Assembly (NCBI GenBank): GCA_040954595.2
Contig: CM082591.2
Location: forward strand, 1,337,645-1,401,644
Source of the DNA: Balanoglossus misakiensis
Lineage: Eukaryota; Animalia; Hemichordata
Length of the DNA stretch: 64,000 nt
Direction: 5' to 3'
In this document: positions 1 to 12,400 of the stretch, piece by piece
Layout of the letters: each line of letters opens with the position of its first letter
Position numbering within the stretch: position 1 is the stretch's first letter
Translations under genes and position numbers: made by a program
Notes under the pieces: model-generated
What the model was told of the DNA's origin: nothing
Databases searched by the model: none
What the model saw: only the letters and a program-made list of their open reading frames with translations

Positions 1-323
1 AGTCCTTGTTGAGTGATTAAGAAATCCCATTTGCCCATGTCAAGCGTCCTCATGTGTTTGAAATACTCCTCGACTAGTCCATGGAAGCGAGTGCATACCA
101 CTTTCAGAAGGCAGATCTCAGGTGGTTCCAATTTTGACATGATGTTATACACGACAAGTTCATCTGGTAGTCTTGAAAAGTGGTCGTATTCTGCAGAGCA
201 TCGCTTGCACGTTTCTATTGTGCATCCCTGATTGGCTAAAACATGTCCATCATCATCATTCTGCCAGGAGACTGGCGAATACTGCCGTCTCGTTTTACCT
301 TTTGAACAACTGGATTGGTTCAT
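1..323 (-). CDS. F-box protein, N-terminal part (continues beyond the window start)
   Basis: Not in the ORF track because it is open at the edge. The reverse strand from ATG 323 reads MNQSSCSKGK...EYDHFSRLPDELVVYNIMSKLEPPEICLLKVVCTRFHGLVEEYFKHMRTLDMGKWDFLITQQG. LPDELV..I.SKL....L..VC.RF is the F-box consensus. A possible upstream exon lies around 610-726. Confidence 0.8.
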   Translation of the reverse strand, partial: MNQSSCSKGKTRRQYSPVSWQNDDDGHVLANQGCTIETCKRCSAEYDHFSRLPDELVVYNIMSKLEPPEICLLKVVCTRFHGLVEEYFKHMRTLDMGKWDFLITQQG

Positions 324-963
324 TTTTGTTAGAAACTTGGGGAATATAGAATCAGAGCTGTCATGATATATCCTATTCACTCAAGGTAATACAATTATCA
401 GGTCCATGACACCATGCTGCAATGAAAAACAGTAGCTTTCAGTTGGGTCATCATATTCATCATCAAAACCACTGATAAATGTACCATTGTACAGCCCATA
501 CACTAAAAACGTCAACATGACGATACACAGTGCATCCTTTACATGAGACAAAGTTTCGACTGAATCCTCGCACCCAAGACGAATTGCACGATAAGAGTGA
601 CACTTGTACCTTGGAGTGGCCCGATCCTGCGTGTTTGATCACTTTGTGGTCATGTACAGTGGTCTTGTTTTGGAGTGATCGTGCTTTACCGCACTCAGCT
701 GTTGTTGTTGTAGTTTCGGAGGTCAATGATTTGCGCCTCCTAGTGGTGACCTTTTTGGGGAAAACCTCAGCAACTTTTAGTATGACGTAATGGTATAAAC
801 TTCGGAGTTCTGTCGTAAGCCACGTAACTGAAACGATTATTAGTTATTATCGTTCATTAAAACGCTTAAATTAATGTCCGAACATGACCGAAGCAATCCA
901 TACTAAGACATTTGCCATGTATGTTTGGTACTTATTCACCCCCCATGCCCACCGCACGGACTT

Positions 964-975
964 GGGGAAATCCCC
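964..975. promoter_or_regulatory. NF-kB-type site GGGGAAATCCCC in the putative promoter region between the F-box gene and plus-strand genes
   Basis: Near-palindromic match to GGGRNWYYCC. TGACGTAA (783-790), a GC box (~1191-1199) and ATTGG (~1285) are nearby. Motif match only. Confidence 0.35.
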
Positions 976-1569
976 GAACATAGGTTCCCCTTACGTCACT
1001 CTTTTGTGCCCTCGTTCTAAAAGCAAATTTCAATATCAGCACATTTTAGATCCTGAATCCCCCAATTTGAAAAATAAAGAATGTTCAAACTTGTCTATTA
1101 TGATGTTTATGTATTCCTGAATTAACTTCACGAGCTTAGGCACAGAGATAACTTGTTATTTTGTGCAGTTCTTTTCGGTGAAATGTTTAAGGGGCGTGGT
1201 TAATGGTTAACTTGTTCATATATATAATAAATATATGCAGGTGGTAATACAGTCTTAAATGGGAGGCCTTCTTTGTTTCAAACGATTGGTGGGAACGACG
1301 TCGGTTTGAGAAGTGTGAAATGTAGAGTTGCGCCAGCTAAGTAAGTAAACCAACATGTCATTTAAGGGCTTGAAATTAAGCCCGTCCATCATATATAGGC
1401 AACATGAACAAACTTTTCCTTCGGGCAACTAAATTAAAAATGGCCATCTCAAAATGGCAGCCGATGCCCACACGGTACTTGGGACTACTGAATCATGTGA
1501 CTCCGGATGTCGGCCGCTTTGAAATCGCACTGAAATGCTTAATACGTACGTTCCCCGGCCGGACACGCA

Positions 1570-1570
<1 letters not shown>

Positions 1571-1629
<59 letters not shown>

Positions 1630-1630
1630 A
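1571..1630. repeat. (ACA)n microsatellite
   Basis: About 19 uninterrupted ACA units; source of the poly-T/L/V ORFs in the track. Confidence 0.95.
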
Positions 1631-1958
1631 CACCTCCACTATCGCTTTGATATGCAAATTTAAAAAAGACAACAGTGCAGTTGAAATTTTGCGACAAGTT
1701 TTTAAACTATATGTTATCTTATGTCTCAATGATGTGATTGAAAGTCGTTGTCACGGCAACTATAATAATTTGCATATAAAATATAACCTCAGAGTGTGAA
1801 ATAAGGTCATCAGTAGGTTAGTCAACTTCTGGGTGCATGTTACTATAGTAAAATACCGGTTTCCTTAGTATAAGGTTTGCAGATATGTATATACAAGATA
1901 TATAAGTGACATTGTACTAGTATATGATATATGTGAACACTACTGGTCACCGTCTGTT

Positions 1959-2097
1959 CATAGACCCTAGAGAAAAAGGACAGGAAACAACGCCTCTTTC
2001 TTTGTAGCCTCTTGGTTGGAATACATTAACTAGTGTTTGCACAGGTGTTGGACTCCGCCCGCTTATCTAATCCCATTTACGGCCTCTAGGGTCTATG
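1959..2097. mobile_element. MITE-like element with 14-bp terminal inverted repeats
   Basis: Starts CATAGACCCTAGAG and ends CTCTAGGGTCTATG; no coding capacity. Confidence 0.6.
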
Positions 2098-2126
2098 GTT
2101 TTCCCCACACCCAGCAGTGTTATCAC

Positions 2127-2274
2127 CATGGACCACTTCGCGGATAGAATAACGCAGGTTTTTATGGGACAGTTTGCATTCTGAGTGTGTGCGTTAGGCA
2201 TGTACTAGACGCTATGTTGAACGCAAATTATACCATCATGCATTGCAGATACCCTATCCGCGAAGTGGTCTATG
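2127..2274. mobile_element. MITE-like element, copy 1 (~148 bp)
   Basis: TIRs CATGGACCACTTCGCGGATAG ... CTATCCGCGAAGTGGTCTATG; near-identical second copy at 3533-3680. Confidence 0.75.
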
Positions 2275-2315
2275 GACATCACTTTAAATCTTCTACATTT
2301 CTGTTTCTTTCAAAG

Positions 2316-3055
2316 GACAAGCATGTTTTGTGTCCAATGAGTAAGAAACCACTGAAAGTGAAAAACCTGCTGAATATTGAGTTTGTGGAGGTCAACGACG
2401 CTGATGATAAACGCCATTTACTGAATAAAGATGCCCGCTACATGTGTGCGGTCACTCGTGATACACTGTCCAATTCTACGCCGGTCGCTGTTTTGAAAAC
2501 AAGGTGAGAAAGAGAAGTTACTTGTTCATTCTTTGGACTAGTGTCGCACCTAATGAGGTGAAACCTATATAAACTGGACCCATATATAGTGAAGAAATTG
2601 ATTGATTTGGCAAGGTGTCGGCTATGCATAGAAATTCCTATCTAAGAACCTTGGTTGCTATACATGTGAATGCCTATCTTCATATGTGAGACTGAGAAAT
2701 ATTTACACCTTGTTCCTCACAGCTGCAAAGTTATCACGGTGGAATGTTACGAAAAACTGATCAAGAAAGACATGGTGGACCCCATCAGTGGTGAGAAGAT
2801 CACCGAGAATGATGTCATCAAGTTACAGAGGGTGGGTAAACATGTACACACGTTTAATCTTGTCTGGCTTGTGTATGCCACATCACATGCATGATCATTG
2901 CATCGGTTCTCCACAGCAAACTAAACTGACGTACTTGTCTATCTCTTTTGACATTTTCCTTTTTATTCTTTTGTTTTCAGGGTGGTACTGGTTTTGCCAG
3001 CACTGGAGTCGACCTGGAGGCCAAGAAACACAGACCAGTCATGATGGCTTCCTAG
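2316..3055 (+). CDS. NOSIP: Nitric oxide synthase-interacting protein homologue, 3' exons only (2316-2503, 2723-2831, 2981-3055)
   Basis: Spliced peptide DKHVLCPMSKKPLKVKNL...RYMCAVTRDTLSNSTPVAVLKTSCKVITVECYEKLIKKDMVDPISGEKITENDVIKLQRGGTGFASTGVDLEAKKHRPVMMAS* matches the NOSIP C-terminal U-box/RING-like region and LQRGGTGF tail. GT-AG junctions are in phase. No 5' coding exons are visible in the window. Confidence 0.9.
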
Positions 3056-3532
3056 TACATCAAAACAATCAATTTTCTTCAGAATGGTAAATTAATCAAT
3101 CAGTTTACTTTAGAATAACAGACTTCTTATTTTAGATATGTATTAAAACCTGTCTTATACGGACACATCCAGATAGTAGTGTGTCCTCAATAGATGGATA
3201 AAACTTTTATCTTGAAAAATATCCTTAATAAAGAGTTGTCCTGATTACAGCGGAGCCTGAGTGTTTTAATTTGAAAGTTTTCAAGTTTCATAAAGTACAG
3301 GCAAAAGTTTGAACATGTGAATTTTGAGGCACCAAAACTTATCCTTTTGATAAGTTCAGTTTCTTTCATACAAATACCATGTTGACAATTAAAAAGCAAA
3401 GACTCCACACAAACTACATTGAAGTTAAATATGTTTTATTTTCTTGGAGTGAGCCTGATGAGAATTTTAAAAACAGGGTGGAACTTTTGTCATGACACTA
3501 GTGGAAGTTGATCTGAATTATTCCAAGAGGTA

Positions 3533-3680
3533 CATGGACCACTTTGCGGATAGAATAACGCAGGGTGTTGTGGGACAGTTTGCGTTCTGAGTGCGTGTGT
3601 TAGCCATGTACTAGACGCTATGTTGAACGCAAATTATACCATCATGCATTGCAGATACCCTATCCGCGAAGTGGTCTATG
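3533..3680. mobile_element. MITE-like element, copy 2
   Basis: Same TIRs and internal sequence as 2127-2274, with a few substitutions. Confidence 0.75.
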
Positions 3681-4184
3681 ATGATGTGGTCCTAATGAGT
3701 TAATTAAAAACAACTAGTTAATCAGTAAAATTGTTTTGTGTTCACATTTCACCTGCAGTGTGCAGTTTGCCCTGATTCTCTGTTGTCTCTAAGAAGGAAC
3801 TGACAAATATATGCCACTATATTTATAATGACAAAATTTAGTGACCAAGTCAGTTTGTAGTGTTGTTTGTGTTGTAAGGCTCCACAAATACAAAGGAAAA
3901 GGAGAAGATTAATGTGTTTTATCAATGAAAAAGGTGAAGTTGCGGTGAAACATTTTCAAAGGTTAAATCAAGTTGAATTTGAATAGGTGACATGTTTTCA
4001 ATGGATGACAGCAGTTAAACTTTGACTGAGTCCAGACTGACGTAATAAGATGTACATCACATGTATTTATTTACAGATCACATGACAAAGGTGCTTGGTA
4101 GCTCGAGGTACGAAAAACCAAACACTTCCTTTTCTTCTTCCCGGCGAGCACCAGTGTTCTTCAATCAGACCTAGCTCCAGTGGT

Positions 4185-4850
4185 GTACCTGGATTGAAGT
4201 TCTACCTTGTGAAGGAATCAACCACTCTGTTAAAACCATTTCAAGCCTCAGGTATGTTGTGTTGAACTTGAAATTGGTAATTTTCTGTCTTTTTCTTTCA
4301 GTCCTCTAACTCAAGCCACGCCTTTTTTATTTTCAACTAACAGAACCCAACACCACAAAAAGAATTCTATTGGAATAACTAAACAATTAAGCCATTTTGT
4401 CAACTTGAAAATAGACCTAAATGAAAAATGTCTAGGATTTGTATTTACATGCGACTAATGTCACTTATTTCAGATGTACCTGGATTGAAGCTCTAACTTT
4501 TGAAGGAATCAACCACTCCGCGACAACCGTTTTGAGAGGTATGTTCTACTGGAGCTGATAATTTATTATCTTGTTTTTAACTGAAAACACTGAATACATA
4601 TACCCCTGGTAGGTGACATGTTGTAAATTGGATGGTGGCCAAGAGATTCCAAACTCTGATATTGCATCTACAACACAGGTATGTGACGTGACAGCAAGTA
4701 CTGAGCAGCTCTGCGGTACTTGGAACCAACTCAGGAATTTCTATAATAGTGGGACCTAGCTACTGTAGCTTTGCTAGTGTACCCTGGATTGAAGTTCTAC
4801 CTTGTGAGGAAATCAACCACTCTGTACAATATTAAGAGGTATGTTGTATT
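4185..4850 (+). repeat. Three dispersed copies of a ~70-bp exon-like unit (probable 5' UTR exons of gene A)
   Basis: GTACCTGGATTGAAG.TCTA.C.TGTGA.GGAATCAACCACTC...AG|GTATGTT at ~4185-4260, ~4476-4546 and ~4779-4846, each ending in a splice donor. Confidence 0.6.
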
Positions 4851-6446
4851 GAAGTTGGTGCATGATTTACCAGTATTGTCTTATAATTTTTTCAGTCCCC
4901 AAACACATGGTTACCCCATGTAACAGAAACACACACCCTCAAAAAGAATTCTATCAGAAATAATTCTCTACATTTTTCTTCATTTGAATTAATTTATGAT
5001 TTCTAAATATCAAAAATTAGCAAAAATCATGAAAGTAACATTTTTATCAAAATTTTGAATGTCATATGCCACCTTCCAGACATGACATGGAATAATTTTT
5101 TTTAAAGAAGCAGATACTTGCAGTCTGTATAGTTTTGAATAACAACAGAAATTATGACCAGCAGAAGTCTCTGTAGAAGAGAAGTTTTGAAACAATTGTA
5201 CTTTCTGCTAATATTTTGCTTATTTTCACCAGTACTGAGTGCCTCTTTAAGAATCATTCCAGACTCAGTAAAATGCTTGATACTTGGTTATAACAATAAT
5301 GCACAGAATTTTACAGCAATCTCTTAATCTATTATTTTTGTAAATATAAAATTCTTGTAAAGAGATTTCTTATAATACCGGAAATGCTTACTTTTGAATA
5401 CAGAGGTCAATTTTGATAAAATTAACAATGTTAACATTTCAACATAATTCTCTCAAGAACCTGTTGAATAGATATAACTTTCAAATTAATGTATATTTTG
5501 ATTCTAATTTTCCATAAACAAATATCATATCAAACTTCGCTTGCATGATGAAAACCCTCTGCACAAACTCTGTAGGTAGACAGTGATTAACATAACAATG
5601 ACAAAGTGTGGCTCATATTTTGCCCTCCAATTAACAATTGACATCTTTCTATACAATTTCATTCAGTGTATCGACCAAGACGTTCACTACTTAGGTTATA
5701 ATCCAACAAACAGTGGTTTTTCATCGCCATTTGGGGGATTACCGGGGGTACTAACTACAACATTTGTGCAGGCCTAGTTTGGCTTATGTATCATTACACT
5801 GAAACATTGGCATTGAATAAGGCTGGAGGCAAATCCCTGAGGATGACACATGGTTAGTGTCAAACAACAGTTTAGCAATACATCTTTCAGCTTTCTTTTT
5901 CAACATTTCTCTCCATCTACCCTCAGTTGGAATTATGAAAGAAGATTATCATTGGTAACTGTGGTCTGCCCACTGCAACTATTTGGTAAGATAACATGGT
6001 ACCATAGAATAGATTGTAATCACACAGCCTTAGGTAATAATTACTGAATTCAAATTAATGGTCAAAATGTCTATTCTGTCACTCATATGGTACTTGGACA
6101 TAGTGTTTATGCAGAGTATGATTAATATTTAAACTATATTTGTTGAAGCCTGTGACCTCATTTGACCTTCCAGAGACTCCTTACTCAGTGTTGCAATGTG
6201 ACTGTATGCATAGATATGCAAACAAACAAACAATCAATCAATTGATGTCATATGCAGAGTATGGTTAATAATTAATCAGACATGTGTAGCCTGGTTTCTA
6301 ACAGACTGTGACCTCACTTGACCTTCCAGAAACCCATTACTCAGTGTTTCACTGTGACTATGTGCATGATCAATCTTAGGGGAAACATTTGTTACATCTG
6401 ACATTCATGTATATCCTTGCTCATACTTTCTCCTGGTAGAAACAAA

Positions 6447-9400
6447 ATGTCAGAACCATCTGCAGCACTGGTTGTATTGAAATCATGGGACTTGGAGGCA
6501 AAGACCTCCCAACCAACTCAAGCTTTAATCAAACATCTCAAAGAAAACACACTCCAGTCTGAGAACATTTCTGAATTCCACTGTACCACCCTTGAAGTTG
6601 AAGTGAGTGAAGAACAAAAGAAAGATGCAGAGAGTGTTCGTGCTACTTTGATCCCAGCTACAAAAAGCGAGTGGTTGGATCTTCATGAAGACCCCCCTGG
6701 AGTACACTGGCTTGTTAACCATGGTACACACTTCCCAGACTTGAAGGGACTGCAAAACATCAAGCATGTAGTCGGATATTCTCCAAACACACACAAAGCA
6801 GCAGCTACAATTCGTAAAAGTCTCTTCCCAGAAGCCAAACTTCACCAACTCAGTCTTCCTGAACCACCACCCGTGGCAGCATTAATGGTCATGCAAACCT
6901 GGCAGACAGAATCAGAAGATCAGACAACAACACCAAGTCACCAGCTTGTCACAAAATTTCGAGAAGAAACCCTGAAGTCTGAGAATGTTTCTGAATTCCT
7001 CTGTACTACCCTTCAAGTTGAAGTGAGTGAAGAACAAAAGAAAGATGCAAAGAGTGTGAATGTCACTTTGATCCCAGCTGTAAGAGACAAGAGGTTGGAA
7101 CCTCATGAAGACCCCCCTGGAGTACACTGGCTTATTAACCATGGTATATACTTCCCTGGACTGAAGGAACTGAAAAACATCCAACATGTAGTCGGATATT
7201 CTCCAAAGACACAGAATGCAGCCAAAGCAATCCACGAAAGGCTCTTCCCTGAAGCCAAACTTCATCAACTCCATCTTCCAGATCCACCTCCTGGAGTATT
7301 ATTTGTGTATGACGACTGGAACAAAGAAGATTGTGGCTTGACTGGGTTTCACAGAACTCTCGTACAAGATTTCTGTGCAAGGAAAGTCAAAGAAGGAAAA
7401 CCTGTTAAAGCCTACTCCACCTTTGATGGTGTCAAAGCCAGTGACGACCAGAAGGCAGATGCTGCCAAGTGTCGGGTTACATTGATTCCAGCACAAGAAG
7501 AAGAAGAAGACAGAACTGCAGAGCCAGAAGAAGATCAGCCACATTTAAAATGGTTGACGAAATATCACGAAATCTACTACGCTCACCTCAGACAGCTACA
7601 AAACATCAAGTATGTTGTTGGTTATGCTCCGAGGACTGGATTCGCTGCTGCAAATATCAGAAAAAAATTGTTTCCTGATGCAGAACTAGTGATGATCAAC
7701 CATGCCTATGAAGAACGCAACTGTCTGTTGAAACAACCAAAAGGGAAGTTTAGTGAAATGATGCTGAAGCTGGCCAGTGAAGCTGACATCATATTCTCAA
7801 TTGGTCCAAGTGTGTATGAGCATTTCCAGAACGAATACCGGGCTACCTTTGATGGCAGGGAACTACACATGATCCCTCATGAAGAGATTTTTCCCAGACC
7901 TGCTGAAGTCTTTTTCAAGAAAGACCCAACGTTCCTAGATGGAGTGACTACTCACAGCATACTGACATACGGGCAGATTGATACACAAGAAGCCTTGGAC
8001 AGATGTGAGACAATAGCAGCTGCTATTGGAAGTGCAGCAAACATGGTGAAAGACTTTCACAACAAACTTCTGAATTGGTCAATACGGGGAGCAGGTGAGG
8101 CTGAACTGAAGCATATTCTACAGCAGATAAACAGCAATTATGTAATGGCATATCCTCACCCAGATTACTCAGAAAAGACCTTAATGATATCAGTGCATCA
8201 ATCTCACTGTTGTCTTCCCGTCTCTGTCTACAAGGACTATCCATATAGCGGTTTAGAATCTATAGCAGTTGGACTACCAACCTATCCTGATGAATATTCC
8301 CAGCTTGGAAAGTTAGTCAAGAAATACTTTCCATACCACGCAGACAAATTTGTAGTGTCACACTCATCTGATAAGATTTCGGAGAAGATAATATGGAGTG
8401 TCAAGAACACCAGGTTAGCTTTTGAAGAAGCTAAGGAGCTGAAGGAGGCTTTCATGGCGTGTGAAGATGTTGATAAGAGTTATGCCACATTTGCCACTTT
8501 GTTGACACCAAAGGGCAGACAAACTGTAACAGGTATGTACAGTGTACACTTTTAGTAAATTATATCCTGTGTCTAGTTAATGATACATACTGGTAATTGT
8601 TGCTTTATTTGTCAATTTCAAGACTAAATTTGGTAAAATAGTGAAACCTGCACAGACATGCATGCATCACTGAGACACCATCTTATTTCTAAAAAGTAAA
8701 CTGAGTTCTGTTGTGCCTACAATTTCTCATTATCTGCAAATCACCACTTAAAAACCTGTTCATTTCTAAAGTAATTAATTTTAAGTGACTACAGATATTA
8801 GTAAAATCGAGTGGAGTGGTTGGGAGTAAGTACTAAAGCAGCCAAAACCTACAAAAAATCTAGTGTTGATTTCACAAGCTAAAGCACGTTCTTTCTCCTA
8901 TCTTCAGCTGACACAAAAATTGCAATCCACGTCCAACTGGATGAAAATGCCTACCAGCAGTATCAACCAGAAAATGAGGGCCAGAATGAGGAAAGGCAAC
9001 AGGCAGCATCTACAGCTTGGAACAACTGCAAACAACAGTTGAAGAGAAGAGCATCTGATGTGGTATCCAACAGTGACGACATCAACAAAGTCAAGGAAGC
9101 CTGCACTGACAAACTGGGTAAAGTGAATATACACATAACAGAACAAAAACAGGGTCTCTGTTAATCACAGCCAACATGCGTAGACTTTATAATCTCTACA
9201 GATTGAGGGGAAGCTGTCTTCATTTAAGAAATTTAGCCAAGGCATTAGAATCAATCTTGATGACAGATGAATTAAAAGACGAAAAGAACACAGCTGAATT
9301 ACCACTACAGTTGATAGCAACATATAACCAAGTTAGTTACATGAGGTTTTTTCTTCAGATTTGTCCTAATTGGTTTAACCATAAAAATACTACAATCTAA

Positions 9401-12400
9401 CGAGATAAATTAAAACCATCTACAGACAATTGGTTGCACATCTTAAGGCACTCTATCAGGTGCAGTTAAAAGGGATTAAGATGATAATATTAATTTACAT
9501 TTCTACAAAATGTAACATACCAGTATATCAGATAATTTAAGTTTCACATCTTTCTAGCATTTCCAACCCCGCCAAAAACATAAAACATTAAAAGAAAAAA
9601 TGTATGCAAATCACACTGAATGTTTTACTAACTTGCAGGAGATGGTTGGGGAAATGCCCTGACTTCTTTACCACAGGGAAGATATAGGAAGGTTTTTGTG
9701 GCCATAGTTATAATAAATTAAGGTTTTCAACTAAAAATAGTAACCTGATTTGTTGTGTATTTTGCAGGCGAGACCTTATCCAAGTTGCTGTTCCTTGAGA
9801 TTGATCCGACACGAGAAATCCAGAAGTCAGTTGATAAATATGCACCTCTGATACTCAACAGTGAGCAGTGTAAAAGACAGAAAGGAAGACAGTGTGACAT
9901 CATACAACTTACAGTGAAAATGACCGAGAAAGTTCAGCATATCCTATCTCACAGACCTCAAGTCTTAGAGTTACTAGGTGTTAGAAGGTTCCTTATGACT
10001 GACACAGAAAGGACTGATATCAGTGACTCAGGTAATATAGAGTGATTTTTAATGGTGCATGTAACTCTTTAGGAGCAAAATGGAATCCTTACTGTGGTAC
10101 TGGTACTTTTACAAAACAGCCAATCAATAATAACACCAAACTTCACTGAAACACATATATTTTGACAACCATAGTTGCAATGTCATCTTGCAGTGTGAAT
10201 AAGAAATTCAATGTGATGCTGTTATTGTTCTAAAGCTGATTTTGAAGTGAAAAATGAAAAATACACATGGTTTTTGTCTGTAAAAAGTCAAATTCATCTC
10301 CATCAAGAGGTCCATCCTTTTTGTCAAAATCTATGTGCAGCTAGTGCTCAGCTGTTATGTACCAGTATTCTTTGAAATAGTTACTAACAAAAAGCATGCA
10401 ACGTTTATACAGTATTCTGCAATTATGAAATGCAGGTGTAAATACAGGAAATATTTTTCTCATTCTCAAAAGTTTTTACTCACGGTGAACAATTATCGCC
10501 TTATACCTGTCAGTAATATTTTCTATATCAATGCTGTAAAACGGGTTATTTTCACGACAGGAAATTTTCACAAGTAAATATTACCAGGTTTAATGCTTTG
10601 GTCAAATTTACTTCACGGATTTAAATAATAAGGTGAAAGTAAAATTTCTACTCACATCTGCAGATTGTTAAATGTCAACCAGACATTTAAGGTGTTACGC
10701 ACCTCGAAATAAAAGGTCGTCTGATCATGTTGAAATTAATACTGATGATACTATGACTTCATAAATAAGTATTTTGGGAGGGTCATCATATTTTTTTCAT
10801 CATTATAGAATCTAAACTTACTGAATATTTTGTTTTTAGCAATTTTATCTTATTTAGTATGATAATCGCACATCAATACAATTGTTAAATTAAACACAGA
10901 ATTGCCGCAAAATCCACTTTCATATATATATATTTTTTTTAACTTCTAGACTTAAACTTTTTTTAAAACTTGATAGATACCTTGTTTGATATATATCAAA
11001 CCAATTTAAGGCAAAAAATACATTGTGTGTACAAAAATAACTTCACAGCACTACGCTAAAACTTTGTTTGGAAAACACTGGAAATACAATTTAACTTTTT
11101 ACACTCTGCACAGAAACCTGCGCTAACAACTAACATGATTGAGGCGTGATATTCCTTAAGGAGACAAAGTCTCTCTTTTTTAGCCTTTTTTCGTGAATTT
11201 GTTTGATATGAAAAGCTGTTCCTGTTGTTTGACTGCTTGAAATAGAGTGGATTCCAATAGCTGCAATGTTTATTTGTCAAAGGAAACAGACTATGTTAGA
11301 AGTACAAATGTACTGTGTAGTTCATTTCAGCTAGATATCACACACAAAATCACCACTTTCATCAGCAAAGGGGTAATTTGTGATTCTTTTTTAGGTTATA
11401 CACTGACATTATATTGCACAGTGTGTGACTTTATGCAAGTATTCCCTGTATTCTTGATATCACAAAAAGGTAAAAAAACTGTCCCTTTAAATAATTATTA
11501 AATCTACTTCATTTCAGATTTGGAGGCTTTTATCATACAGCATGGCACGCCAGTTTTTTCCATACCAGCTGCATCTATCAGCTTACAAGCACAGAGCTTG
11601 CTCCTCTTTGAAGCTAGTTCAAAGTTACCCAAAGAACAGTCCTTGCAAGCAGAAAATATGAGTCTAAAACAACAGTTGGATGGGGCCCTGATAGAGAAGT
11701 CCAAAATTCAGACTGAGTCAGTTGAGAATAAGAGAAAGCTAGTTGGAGAAATAACTAAACTGCAGTTTGAGTCAGTTGAGAATAAAAGAAAGCTAGTTGG
11801 AGAAATAACTAAACTGCAGACAGAGAAAATGATTCTAGAGAATCAGTTGAAAGAAGCAATTCAGGAAAAGTCACTCTTAGAAGAGCAGTACAAACAGGAA
11901 CTTGCAAGTGTTGAGAAAGTAGCTGCCATACAACTTATGGATGTCATTTCCCTGAAGCAAAGATTGGAAGAATCAGACCCTAGAAACATCGAAGAGTTGG
12001 AATCTAAACTCGAACAACAAGAACAAACCATAACTGAACTCCAGGCAAAATTATCCAAAATCCAGGATGATCAATCTGACTCTGAGCTGCAACTGAAAAC
12101 TGCTAAAAATCTTCAACTGGGAGAAGATGCAACATTGGAAACTGAACAAGGTGAGATTGAGATTTAGTAGTTTCATAATTTTATTGGTATTTTAAAAATG
12201 TTTTTTTTTTACTTATTTTTTTTTTTACTATTTGTTGATTGTAATGTTAAAATTAAGCCTTGTAAATAGTAAATCTAAATGATATCGATGTACCTTAATT
12301 GATAAACCTTGAAAACACAAGAAGGATAAATTATCAGGTAAAGGCATGAGCATGCACAATGGCTCAGTTTTATAAAGATGAAGGTAGACAAGTTGCAATT

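Noticed and set aside
1404-1799. Poly-Thr/Leu/Val ORFs
   Set aside because: Translations of an (ACA)n microsatellite.
6447-8532. Bacterial contamination or recent horizontal transfer of a glycosyltransferase (2-kb uninterrupted ORF)
   Set aside because: Flanked by canonical splice sites, in phase with metazoan-type exons, host-like composition, and has a local paralogue.
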